IMG/VR virus record: IMGVR_UViG_3300012039_000001
Length of the DNA stretch: 64,000 nucleotides
Strand: one strand, 5' to 3'
Source of the DNA: a virus
Made by a program: the position numbers and the translations under genes. Shown in pieces: positions 42,918-51,352 of the stretch (position 1 is its first letter; each line of letters opens with the position of its first letter). The notes beneath the pieces are model-generated. The model was not told the origin of the DNA and did no database searches. It saw nothing but the letters and a program-made list of their open reading frames with translations.

Positions 42918-44325
42918 AGAAATTATTAATGATCTTGTATTAAGAAAAATATTAATAGATAAATCTCTTTTAAGAATATCAGATAATTTTAAAAAATTAC
43001 CAAGATACGTTGTAGAATATTTAATTTCTAATTTTGTAGACAAAAATAATAAACAACAAGGAATTGAAAGAATCAACAAAATCATAAACGAAAATCATAT
43101 AGAATCTGATAAAAAAGAGTGGGTCAAAAATAAAATAAAAATAAATGGAAAATATAATTTAATAGGCGACTTAAAATGCTCTTATGACCAATATAGCAAT
43201 GAGTATATAGCACACACAACTGTTCTGTCTGGTAACAAGGTAAGAGTGTCTAAAAGTGTCATAGATCAATTTGGTGACGTTTTACTCAGCGGAGGTTGTT
43301 TCGGCAACTGTTTAATAGAATTCGTCAATCCAGGCCTAATGTCAAAAAAACAAGATCCATATCACCTTACTTCCTTTATACCGTTTAAAATAACAAAGAT
43401 AACAATTCAAGAGTGGTTAAAAATAAGAGAGAAGTTTTCCTTAGACGAATGGATTAATCTAATTATCAATACGCTTGGATTTAATCCAGAAAAATTATCA
43501 GAAAATGAAAAATGGTTGTATTTATTTAGATTAATACCATTAGTTGAATCAAATATTAATTTTATAGAACTTTCTAGTCCTGAGACAGGAAAGACATATT
43601 TTTATAGATCAATAAGTAATAATAGTCTCATTCTATCTGGTTCCGATATAACCGTAGCTTCATTATTTTATAATAAAGTATCTAAAAGAGCGGGAGTATT
43701 AGGGAATAAAGACTGTGTAATATTTGACGAAATAGTAACCGCTAATTGGAATAATAAAAAAGATCTTCAAAATATATTAAAAGATTATTTAGAAAATGGA
43801 AAGTTCAATAGAGATAATGTAGAAATATCTAGTGATTGTTCTATTGTATTTTTAGGAAATATAGTTTGCGACAGAGGAAACAAGAAACCATTAGATATAT
43901 ATAAACATCTCCTCGATCCTCTTCCAGAGATAATTAAAAATGATACCGCTTTTCTCGATAGGATAAATGGATTTATCCCAGGATGGGAAGCGCCTCAAAT
44001 ATCTTCTTCTAATTTTTCTGAAGACTATGGATTTTCTAGTGATTACTTTAGTGAAATATTACATAAATTAAGAACAGTTTCTTTTTCAGAATTGATAAAA
44101 TCAAAAATAGATTTTCAAGATACTTCATTTAGGAATGAAAGATCAGTTATAAAAATTACGTCGGGGTTAATCAAGGTCTTATTCCCATCTGGTCGAATTA
44201 ATAATGATGAGTTAGAAATATTAGTTGAAAAGTCAGTTGAGTTAAGAGAAAGAGTTCTACAACAACTACACGTAATAAATCCCAATGAATTTAACGGAGA
44301 AATAAAATGGCAATTAAAAAATTAA
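42910..44325 (+). CDS. BrxL-like ATPase (N-terminal domain + ATPase, no Lon protease domain)
   Basis: 'LPRYVVEYLISNF', 'INFIELSSPETGKTYFY' (Walker A), 'ITVASLFYN', 'CVIFDEI' (Walker B) and 'LKDYLENGKFNR...IVFLGNI' are collinear with BREX BrxL as I recall it. 471 aa, ending before where the Lon-like domain would be. Confidence 0.7.
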   Translation: MNKEIINDLVLRKILIDKSLLRISDNFKKLPRYVVEYLISNFVDKNNKQQGIERINKIINENHIESDKKEWVKNKIKINGKYNLIGDLKCSYDQYSNEYIAHTTVLSGNKVRVSKSVIDQFGDVLLSGGCFGNCLIEFVNPGLMSKKQDPYHLTSFIPFKITKITIQEWLKIREKFSLDEWINLIINTLGFNPEKLSENEKWLYLFRLIPLVESNINFIELSSPETGKTYFYRSISNNSLILSGSDITVASLFYNKVSKRAGVLGNKDCVIFDEIVTANWNNKKDLQNILKDYLENGKFNRDNVEISSDCSIVFLGNIVCDRGNKKPLDIYKHLLDPLPEIIKNDTAFLDRINGFIPGWEAPQISSSNFSEDYGFSSDYFSEILHKLRTVSFSELIKSKIDFQDTSFRNERSVIKITSGLIKVLFPSGRINNDELEILVEKSVELRERVLQQLHVINPNEFNGEIKWQLKN

Positions 44326-44741
44326 AATTAGTCGAACAATTAGATAAAGATGGTTGCACTACAGCATGTTTAGCTATGCTTTTAAATAAATCATATTTTG
44401 ATATGAGAAAATATATTCATTTAAATGTGGAAAGATTTAAGAATCATTATAATTGCTATTCGTGCTGTTTATATTTTTTTGAAATAAAAGAAATTTTAGA
44501 TAAACTTAAAATAAAAAATGAATTTATAAAATTCGAATCCTTTGACAAGTTAAAAGGCCATAATATATTATCAGCTTCTATTATTGGGCCAGTACATTCT
44601 GCTCACTCTATTATTTTTGATGGTAAAACGAGAAAAATTCTTGATCCAAGTAGAAAGTCAGAATATGATCATATAAAACATAATTACAATATATATAAAT
44701 GTATACAAATTGGAGATCAAAATGCCAGAAGAAGTAAATAA
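44307..44741 (+). CDS. papain-fold cysteine peptidase (C39-like)
   Basis: 'EQLDKDGCTTACLAMLL' (Gln and catalytic Cys context) and 'HSIIFDG...ILDPS' (His/Asp). Overlaps the BrxL-like gene by 19 nt. Confidence 0.55.
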   Translation: MAIKKLKLVEQLDKDGCTTACLAMLLNKSYFDMRKYIHLNVERFKNHYNCYSCCLYFFEIKEILDKLKIKNEFIKFESFDKLKGHNILSASIIGPVHSAHSIIFDGKTRKILDPSRKSEYDHIKHNYNIYKCIQIGDQNARRSK

Positions 44742-44832
44742 CAAGAAACTTGCAATAATAGCTTTTATATTACTGGGATTAATTTTTGCCACGCCTTTAA
44801 TAAATATAATTATTCCATTAATAAGAGGATAA
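44722..44832 (+). CDS. small membrane protein (36 aa)
   Basis: MPEEVNNKKLAIIAFILLGLIFATPLINIIIPLIRG has a single TM helix and fills the gap before 44834. Confidence 0.35.
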   Translation: MPEEVNNKKLAIIAFILLGLIFATPLINIIIPLIRG

Positions 44833-44833
44833 T

Positions 44834-45043
44834 ATGGAAATTAAAGTAAAACCATTTATAAAAAGAGACGAAAAAATTTGTGGTATAATAGATAAGTATG
44901 TAAAAATATATACTGAAATTAGATTTGCTATAATAGAAGCAGCTTTGAAAGTTGCTTTAAAATATGATTTAGATAAAATTAGAATAGATGATTACGAATA
45001 TATATTAAAAGAATATTTTGTTGACGAAGGAGTAGGTATATGA
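44834..45043 (+). CDS. hypothetical protein
   Basis: 69-aa ORF. Confidence 0.45.
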   Translation: MEIKVKPFIKRDEKICGIIDKYVKIYTEIRFAIIEAALKVALKYDLDKIRIDDYEYILKEYFVDEGVGI

Positions 45044-45471
45044 GTTCTCATTGCCAAGTAATAAATTATAGACTAGAAGAACTATGCAAAAAAGCTTTAA
45101 AGAATATAGACCGAAGAAGGGAAATAGAAGCACAAAATCATTTATTAGAATTTCAAAATAGATATAATAAGAAGAGACAGTGGTTTAGAAAAATGCTTTT
45201 CTTTGGAATTCCAAAGCTTGAAAATATATCAAAAGAAGAAGCTCATGCAATAATCTTATTCAGAAAAGAAAATGGAACAACATGGGATAGAATAGAACAT
45301 ATGGATTATCCAAAATATAAACATGTTTGGAAGGATAATGAACTAGTAATTTTAAGATTAACGTCTTTATTAGAAGTATGTTTTGCGGATATGACAATAA
45401 CAGCAGAAGACGCTGGTTATTTGATGGCGGTGGTTGATTGGAAGGAAGAAAATGAAGCACTATTTAATTAG
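45040..45471 (+). CDS. hypothetical protein
   Basis: 143-aa ORF with ATGA overlap. Confidence 0.5.
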   Translation: MSSHCQVINYRLEELCKKALKNIDRRREIEAQNHLLEFQNRYNKKRQWFRKMLFFGIPKLENISKEEAHAIILFRKENGTTWDRIEHMDYPKYKHVWKDNELVILRLTSLLEVCFADMTITAEDAGYLMAVVDWKEENEALFN

Positions 45472-45670
45472 ATATTCTATTTCACAAGATAGGGTTACAG
45501 AAATAAAAGCTGACAGTCCAGAAGAAGCTAGAAAAATATTTGAAAAAGACAATTATAAATATCCAACTACTCGTTGCGATATTGTGTTTTCCGAAGGAGC
45601 TAATTTTAATTATTTAACAGAATTAGATGTAAATGGAGACGACATAGAAGGAAGTGAATTCTATGGTTGA
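45452..45670 (+). CDS. hypothetical protein
   Basis: ATG 45452 (MKHYLIRYS...). 72 aa. Confidence 0.45.
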   Translation: MKHYLIRYSISQDRVTEIKADSPEEARKIFEKDNYKYPTTRCDIVFSEGANFNYLTELDVNGDDIEGSEFYG

Positions 45671-45878
45671 CACAATTCCTAATTGGGTTATCATATTTTT
45701 TATTATTGGCTTACTAGGAAGTCCTTTAATGGGAATAAATATAATTGCTGTATACACAGAAAAAGATCAACCTATTGAGCATAAGATAATATCGTTTATA
45801 CTTTTTATTGTTCCTGTTATAATGTTTTTAAAATCAATGTTTTATTTATTTAATAAAGCTATGGGGGAATTACCTTGA
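45663..45878 (+). CDS. small membrane protein
   Basis: ATG 45663. Two hydrophobic helices. Confidence 0.45.
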   Translation: MVDTIPNWVIIFFIIGLLGSPLMGINIIAVYTEKDQPIEHKIISFILFIVPVIMFLKSMFYLFNKAMGELP

Positions 45879-46579
45879 GGTATCTTGGCGGAAAGGCAAA
45901 AGTAGCTACTAAGTTAACAACTTTTTTAGAATCTGTTCGTAAACCTAATCAAATGTTCGTAGATGGAATGGTTGGTGGTTGTAGCATAGTAAGAAAAATG
46001 ACAGGAGAAAGAATAGCGGCAGACTCATGCCCCTATTTAATTACTTTTTTAAAATGTCTCCAAGATGGATGGACGCCACCGGAAACTATTTCAGAACAGA
46101 GATATTATGAAATAAGAAAAATGTATAAAGAAGGATATCATGCTCCAGTAATAGGATTTGCTGCCTATTTCTGTTCTTTCGGAGGAAAATTTTGGGGAGG
46201 GTTCGCAAGAGATCCAAAGACAGCAAGAGATTTTGCTAACGAAGCATATAGAGATGCCTTAAAACTAATGGAAGAAATTAGAGAAGTAAAATTATTTTGT
46301 TGCGATTATTCAGATCTTTTAATTAATATAATTCCTGAAAAATCTTTAGTTTATTTTGACATTCCTTATGAAGGAACAACTGGTTATAAAAACAAGTTTT
46401 ATAATTCCCTTTTTTGGCAAGTAATAAGGATTTTTTCAAATAAACATGATATTTATATCTCGGAATACCAAGCACCAGAAGACTTTGAATGCGTTTGGTC
46501 TTTAAAACGCAAAACGGAATTAAACACTAAAAATGGAAAAGACACGAGGATAGAAAAGCTCTTCAAATATAAAGGATAA
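45875..46579 (+). CDS. DNA N6-adenine methyltransferase (Dam/D12-class)
   Basis: N-terminal 'RYLGGKAK' and catalytic 'FDIPYEGTTGY' (DPPY variant). TTG start overlaps the previous stop. Confidence 0.75.
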   Translation: MRYLGGKAKVATKLTTFLESVRKPNQMFVDGMVGGCSIVRKMTGERIAADSCPYLITFLKCLQDGWTPPETISEQRYYEIRKMYKEGYHAPVIGFAAYFCSFGGKFWGGFARDPKTARDFANEAYRDALKLMEEIREVKLFCCDYSDLLINIIPEKSLVYFDIPYEGTTGYKNKFYNSLFWQVIRIFSNKHDIYISEYQAPEDFECVWSLKRKTELNTKNGKDTRIEKLFKYKG

Positions 46580-46580
46580 T

Positions 46581-46709
46581 ATGAATAAAATAGAAAGATT
46601 TTTAAACAATATTACTGGTTTTATTAATGATTATTTGGATACTTTCTTATTTGTCTGTATGATTTTATTTGTTTTACTTATGTTTATTATTTCTAAATCT
46701 TTACCTTAA
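46581..46709 (+). CDS. small membrane protein (42 aa)
   Basis: MNKIERFLNNITGFINDYLDTFLFVCMILFVLLMFIISKSLP has a single TM helix and fills the gap. Confidence 0.35.
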   Translation: MNKIERFLNNITGFINDYLDTFLFVCMILFVLLMFIISKSLP

Positions 46710-46723
46710 AAAAGGAAAAATAA

Positions 46724-47011
46724 ATGACAAAATTTCCAAAAGAATTTATGTTGCAAGTATTAGAAGAAGAAGTGGGAGAAATCATATCTAATAAAATAAT
46801 AGAACAAGGAAGATGGGATATTTTACATCAATTGATATGGAAACACCCGGACGGAAGAGTTTTTCAATGTGGATACAGACAGGGAGCAACTGAACAACAG
46901 GATCAGGGTCCGTGGGAATATGACAAGGAAGTTCACTGCGTAGAAATGGAAAAGAAGATAGTTGAAGTAGAACAATGGGTAATAAAAATGCCGGAAATTA
47001 AAAATGAATAA
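46724..47011 (+). CDS. hypothetical protein
   Basis: 95-aa ORF. Confidence 0.5.
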   Translation: MTKFPKEFMLQVLEEEVGEIISNKIIEQGRWDILHQLIWKHPDGRVFQCGYRQGATEQQDQGPWEYDKEVHCVEMEKKIVEVEQWVIKMPEIKNE

Positions 47012-47207
47012 AAGAATAAAGAATTTAATAGAAGATATGCTTATAGTTGAGTTAAGACAAGTTTTTGAGAAATTAAACAAAGATCAAAAGGAAATGTTTA
47101 AAAAAGTTTTTGGTTCTGAAATAGGTAAATTTTCACAAGAAAAATTATGTCAAGCAATTGATTTGTGTGATAGAACAATAGCCAAAAATACTAAAGAGAG
47201 AAGATGA
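47004..47207 (+). CDS. hypothetical protein
   Basis: 67-aa ORF. Confidence 0.45.
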   Translation: MNKRIKNLIEDMLIVELRQVFEKLNKDQKEMFKKVFGSEIGKFSQEKLCQAIDLCDRTIAKNTKERR

Positions 47208-47208
47208 T

Positions 47209-48036
47209 ATGTCATTAGGATTTTTGATCCAAGATAAAATTTTTGAAGATGATCAAATTACTTTAATAAAAATTCTTCAAGACAATAATATCCCATATAT
47301 TATTCACAAGGAAAAAGATTTTTGGCTATATGTATTTCCTATTTACAATTATGATAATAGATTTTCTATTCAAGGACGACAAGAAATAGACAAAGTATTT
47401 TGTTATGGATCTCTAGAATGGATATTTCAAATTCAAAAAATAAATAATCCAAACTATAAAACTATATGTACTATAGACAATTATGATTGTAAAAATTATT
47501 ATCATCATTATAAAAATCTTTTATTCAACAAAGACGCCAAAATATGGCCAGTCGAATATTTTTTAGATGATTGGGACGGAGAGCAAATTTTTATTAGACC
47601 GTGCGTAGGATATAAACCAAAAGGATTTACCGGGGGAGTATACAAAGAACAAGATAGAAACTATATAAAAGAATGTTTTAGTAAAAGTAAAGATATTTTA
47701 ATAGCTCCTGTCAAACATATAGACTACGAATATAGATTTATAGTTAATGATAAAAATAAATATATAACTGGTTGTCAATATAAATCATTTTGCCATGAAA
47801 CTAAAAAATTAGGTTTTGACCCTTCTCCAATAGTTCCACTTGAGATTCAAGAAAGATTTATTGATAATATTCTAAGTAAATTAGAATGGCACCCAGATCC
47901 AATTTATGTGATAGACGTAGCGGAGAGTGACGCAGAATTATTTATTCTAGAAATAAATGCTTTAAGCACATCTGGATGGTATGATTGTGACTATGGAAAA
48001 ATAGTAAAGGAGATAATAAAATATTATGGCATTTGA
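47209..48036 (+). CDS. ATP-grasp-like protein (R2K-clade/DUF4343-like)
   Basis: 'IFIRP...KGFTGGVY', 'EYRFIV' and 'YVIDVAESDAELFILEINALSTSGWY' fit the ATP-grasp C-terminal half. Family assignment is moderate. Confidence 0.55.
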   Translation: MSLGFLIQDKIFEDDQITLIKILQDNNIPYIIHKEKDFWLYVFPIYNYDNRFSIQGRQEIDKVFCYGSLEWIFQIQKINNPNYKTICTIDNYDCKNYYHHYKNLLFNKDAKIWPVEYFLDDWDGEQIFIRPCVGYKPKGFTGGVYKEQDRNYIKECFSKSKDILIAPVKHIDYEYRFIVNDKNKYITGCQYKSFCHETKKLGFDPSPIVPLEIQERFIDNILSKLEWHPDPIYVIDVAESDAELFILEINALSTSGWYDCDYGKIVKEIIKYYGI

Positions 48037-48319
48037 TCCAAAGAAAATAAAATTTCCAAGCGAAAAAGAAATATTAGAAAGATTAGAGAAGATTATAGAT
48101 AAAGAAATAAAAGGTGATATAGATTATGATCCAATGAAAATTAGACAACAGTGTTGTTTTGATATAATGATTCCAGAAGGCTTATTCACTGTGTTAAAAA
48201 ACAATCAAATGATTTATGACAAATTGAATAATATGTACAAAAATAAGGGGTGGGAAGATATTGAAATAAACGAAAATTCATGTCTTCATAATATAAAGCT
48301 GAAGTATTATTTTGATTGA
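48026..48319 (+). CDS. hypothetical protein
   Basis: 97-aa ORF. Confidence 0.5.
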   Translation: MAFDPKKIKFPSEKEILERLEKIIDKEIKGDIDYDPMKIRQQCCFDIMIPEGLFTVLKNNQMIYDKLNNMYKNKGWEDIEINENSCLHNIKLKYYFD

Positions 48320-48326
48320 GGAAAAT

Positions 48327-48575
48327 ATGTTTATCGAGTGTAATTGTAATAGTCCCGAACATGTATTTAAATTTACTCTAGAAAAAGAAGATAATTGGAT
48401 TATAATGGAACCATTTCTCTGTCATTATAATTCTTTCCTAAAAAGAATTTGGCTAGGTTTGAAATATATTCTTGGATATAAAAGCAAGACTGGACATTTT
48501 GATACTGTTCTAATAGGCGTAGAAAAAGCAAAATTAATAAGAGATATATGCGAGGAACTGATCAATGAAGCTTAA
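48327..48575 (+). CDS. hypothetical protein
   Basis: ATG 48327 follows GAGGA (MFIECNCNSPEH...). Confidence 0.45.
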   Translation: MFIECNCNSPEHVFKFTLEKEDNWIIMEPFLCHYNSFLKRIWLGLKYILGYKSKTGHFDTVLIGVEKAKLIRDICEELINEA

Positions 48576-48756
48576 TAAAGAATTATACGCAGCGGTACTT
48601 AACGATGCGGTTATAGGAAATTACGAAAGCGCAATAATGAGTCTTGATAAAGAATTAGTACAACATGATATAGATTTCATGACAAAAGAAGGTATGCCGT
48701 ACTTTGAAGAAAAAAATAATATTAAAATAGTAAAGGTTAAAATTGTACCATGTTAA
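48565..48756 (+). CDS. hypothetical protein
   Basis: 63-aa ORF. Confidence 0.45.
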   Translation: MKLNKELYAAVLNDAVIGNYESAIMSLDKELVQHDIDFMTKEGMPYFEEKNNIKIVKVKIVPC

Positions 48757-49931
48757 AAATACCAGAAGAATTTCTTATAAAAGATGGAGAGGACGGAGAA
48801 AAACTAATAATTCCAGGGTATGGAGTTGGGAATAAATGTTGGCAAGACTATAAATTAAGATGGTTGAGATCTTTACACATAGATAAATACGATAGAATAG
48901 TCTCCACGGGTTTCCCGAAGTTCATGAACCTCGGAATTGGAATAGACAAGTTCAAAGTTACATTAGAAGACATTATGTCTTCTTTTGGCAAATCACAAAA
49001 TGTATTATCAACAGAAAAGATAGATGGATCTTTGTTAATCAGGTATATCCAAAACGATACAGTGAAATGGAGAACAAGAGGTTCTTTAGGGATTGAATTA
49101 GATAATGGTTATGAAATACAAGAATTTTGTGAAAAATATCCATTACTTAATGATCCAAATTATTGTTCTCGTTTGTCTTTATTTTTTGAGTGGGTGTCTC
49201 CATTAAATCAAATAGTTATAAAATATAACGAACCAGATTTGATTCTTATAGGAGGGTCCACTTATGAAATGAATATTCCGTGGTACGAAGCAAACATATC
49301 TCTTTTAAATATAAATCATTTAAAAACAATATCAAAACAACTGGAAACAAGATTGACCAATAACTGGACGATAAATAATAGACATGGACTAGACAAACTT
49401 ATGTCTGTTGTAGAAGATAAAAAAACAATGAATTTAGAGGGATACGTTTTAAGGATAGAAGGAGAACAAAGACTAGTAAGAATAAAGACTCCACAGTATA
49501 CTCTTCTCCATGCGATGAGATCTAATTTGACGACAGAGCTACTTATTGGTTTATGGTTAGAATGGGATAAGCCCGATTTTGCACAGTACAAAGAAAAATT
49601 TATTAACTATTATGATTATGAGAGTTTCCAGTATGCTCTACCGGCTGTTTCCTCTATGTTTGATGGAATTAAAGTAGCTGAAAATATATTAAATCACATA
49701 GAGATATTAGTTCTAGAATTCAAAAATGGATTTTTGCCAGAAAAATCCAGAAGCGAGTTTGCCTTACTGGCTAAGCAAAGATATCAAGATATAAAGTTGT
49801 CTACTTGTTTTAGTTTATTAGATGGAAAACAACCTTCAGAGAAATTTTGGACAACTATGATTTTTCAAAACTCGAAAAAATTTGAGTTAAGAATGTTCAA
49901 TAAAAATACGGAGGACGAAAATGAGGGGTAG
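48750..49931 (+). CDS. RNA ligase (T4 Rnl1-like)
   Basis: Motif I 'TEKIDGSLL', motif III 'LFFEWVSP', motif IV 'LILIGG', motif V 'EGYVLRIE...VRIKTPQY'. Confidence 0.75.
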   Translation: MLKIPEEFLIKDGEDGEKLIIPGYGVGNKCWQDYKLRWLRSLHIDKYDRIVSTGFPKFMNLGIGIDKFKVTLEDIMSSFGKSQNVLSTEKIDGSLLIRYIQNDTVKWRTRGSLGIELDNGYEIQEFCEKYPLLNDPNYCSRLSLFFEWVSPLNQIVIKYNEPDLILIGGSTYEMNIPWYEANISLLNINHLKTISKQLETRLTNNWTINNRHGLDKLMSVVEDKKTMNLEGYVLRIEGEQRLVRIKTPQYTLLHAMRSNLTTELLIGLWLEWDKPDFAQYKEKFINYYDYESFQYALPAVSSMFDGIKVAENILNHIEILVLEFKNGFLPEKSRSEFALLAKQRYQDIKLSTCFSLLDGKQPSEKFWTTMIFQNSKKFELRMFNKNTEDENEG

Positions 49932-50184
49932 TTGGTATGCTCAATTAACAAAAGATGGAAGCAAGATAAAAAATCCTATACCAAATAAAGGATATATAGA
50001 TGTTAAAAATAAGAAATTGAATTGTTTTGATCATAATGATTATTTTTTATTAGAAATGGATGTTTTAGATTTTACTATATCTGCTGATGGGATTTTGTTT
50101 AAAGGAATAGAGGACAATAACGGAAGAAAACAATATAACGAAATTTGGTTTACAACTTCTTCTTTTTATAAGGAAAACAAATGA
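49921..50184 (+). CDS. hypothetical protein
   Basis: 87-aa ORF. Confidence 0.45.
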   Translation: MRGSWYAQLTKDGSKIKNPIPNKGYIDVKNKKLNCFDHNDYFLLEMDVLDFTISADGILFKGIEDNNGRKQYNEIWFTTSSFYKENK

Positions 50185-50747
50185 CAAGATTTTTCCTAGA
50201 TCTTGACGGCGTATTGGTGGACCTATTAACAGGGATAAAGTCTCATGAAATATTAAAAGGGATAGATACAATAAATAAAAACTCACACTATGAATTACAT
50301 GAAATATTTAATATGGGAGAGGAAGAATTTTGGTGCCAATTTAATGATGTAAATTTTTGGGAAAATCTTCCTAAATATGAACATTCAGATGAGTTATTTA
50401 ATCGTTTATCAGATAAATTTAAAGAAAACCTTTTCATATTGACGGCTCCTTCAAAATGGGCAACAGCTTGCGCAACTGGTAAAATAAATTGGATGAAGAA
50501 AAATTATCCAGATTTTCCTGTTGGTAGAATAATATTATGTAACAAAAAATATCTATTGGCTAAGTTCGGTAATGTATTGTTAGATGACAGTAAAGATAAA
50601 TTAATGGATTTCACCGCATGTGACGGAGACGGAATTTTATTCCCACAAGAATACAATAGAGAATTTAGTAAGTCAATTATGTTTGAAAGAAATATACTAA
50701 CACCAGAAAATATAAATCAAGTTTATAATATTATAAATAAATATTAA
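50181..50747 (+). CDS. HAD-superfamily phosphatase (5'(3')-deoxyribonucleotidase-like)
   Basis: N-terminal 'FFLDLDGVLVDL' (DxDxV motif I), 'ILTAPS' (motif II) and 'LLDDS' (motif IV-like). Confidence 0.7.
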   Translation: MTRFFLDLDGVLVDLLTGIKSHEILKGIDTINKNSHYELHEIFNMGEEEFWCQFNDVNFWENLPKYEHSDELFNRLSDKFKENLFILTAPSKWATACATGKINWMKKNYPDFPVGRIILCNKKYLLAKFGNVLLDDSKDKLMDFTACDGDGILFPQEYNREFSKSIMFERNILTPENINQVYNIINKY

Positions 50748-50758
50748 TTAGGATAAAA

Positions 50759-51352
50759 ATGTTTATAGATATTTCGAATGAAAGATTTGGGAAATTGATT
50801 GTAATAAAATATGTTGGAAAAAATAAATATGGATCTTCTGAGTGGTTATGTTTATGTGATTGTGGTAATTATCACATAGTAACAACGAGCCATTTAAGAG
50901 GAGGACATACCAAAAGTTGTGGGTGTTTGAGTCCTGGATTTAGTGATTCTAAAATATATGGTGTATGGGTTTCAATGGTTCAAAGATGTACTAATCCAAA
51001 CGACAGAGCATATAAAAATTACGGAGGAAGAGGAATAAAAGTTTGTGAGAGATGGTTAAAATTTGAGAATTTCTATAAAGACGTTGGAGATCCTCCTACA
51101 AAAAACCATCAATTAGATAGAATAAATAATGATGGTAATTACTGTCCTGAGAATTGGAAATGGTCCACAAGAAAAGAACAAAATAGAAATAAAAGTAATA
51201 ATAGAATGGTGCCACTAAATGGTAAAATCTTGTGTTTGAAAGATTATTGTGAACAATTTAACATTAGATACAATACCATTCTTGGAAGAATATTAAGAGG
51301 ATGGTCTGTTAATAAGGCTTTAAATACACCTATTAAAAAAAGGAGAAAATAA
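50759..51352 (+). CDS. HNH_3-like DNA-binding / homing-endonuclease-like protein
   Basis: 'WLCLCDCGN...SCGCL' zinc-like N-terminus, 'YKNYGGRGIKVCERW' and 'LDRINNDGNYCPENWKWSTRKEQNRN'. It lies immediately upstream of thyX. Confidence 0.55.
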   Translation: MFIDISNERFGKLIVIKYVGKNKYGSSEWLCLCDCGNYHIVTTSHLRGGHTKSCGCLSPGFSDSKIYGVWVSMVQRCTNPNDRAYKNYGGRGIKVCERWLKFENFYKDVGDPPTKNHQLDRINNDGNYCPENWKWSTRKEQNRNKSNNRMVPLNGKILCLKDYCEQFNIRYNTILGRILRGWSVNKALNTPIKKRRK

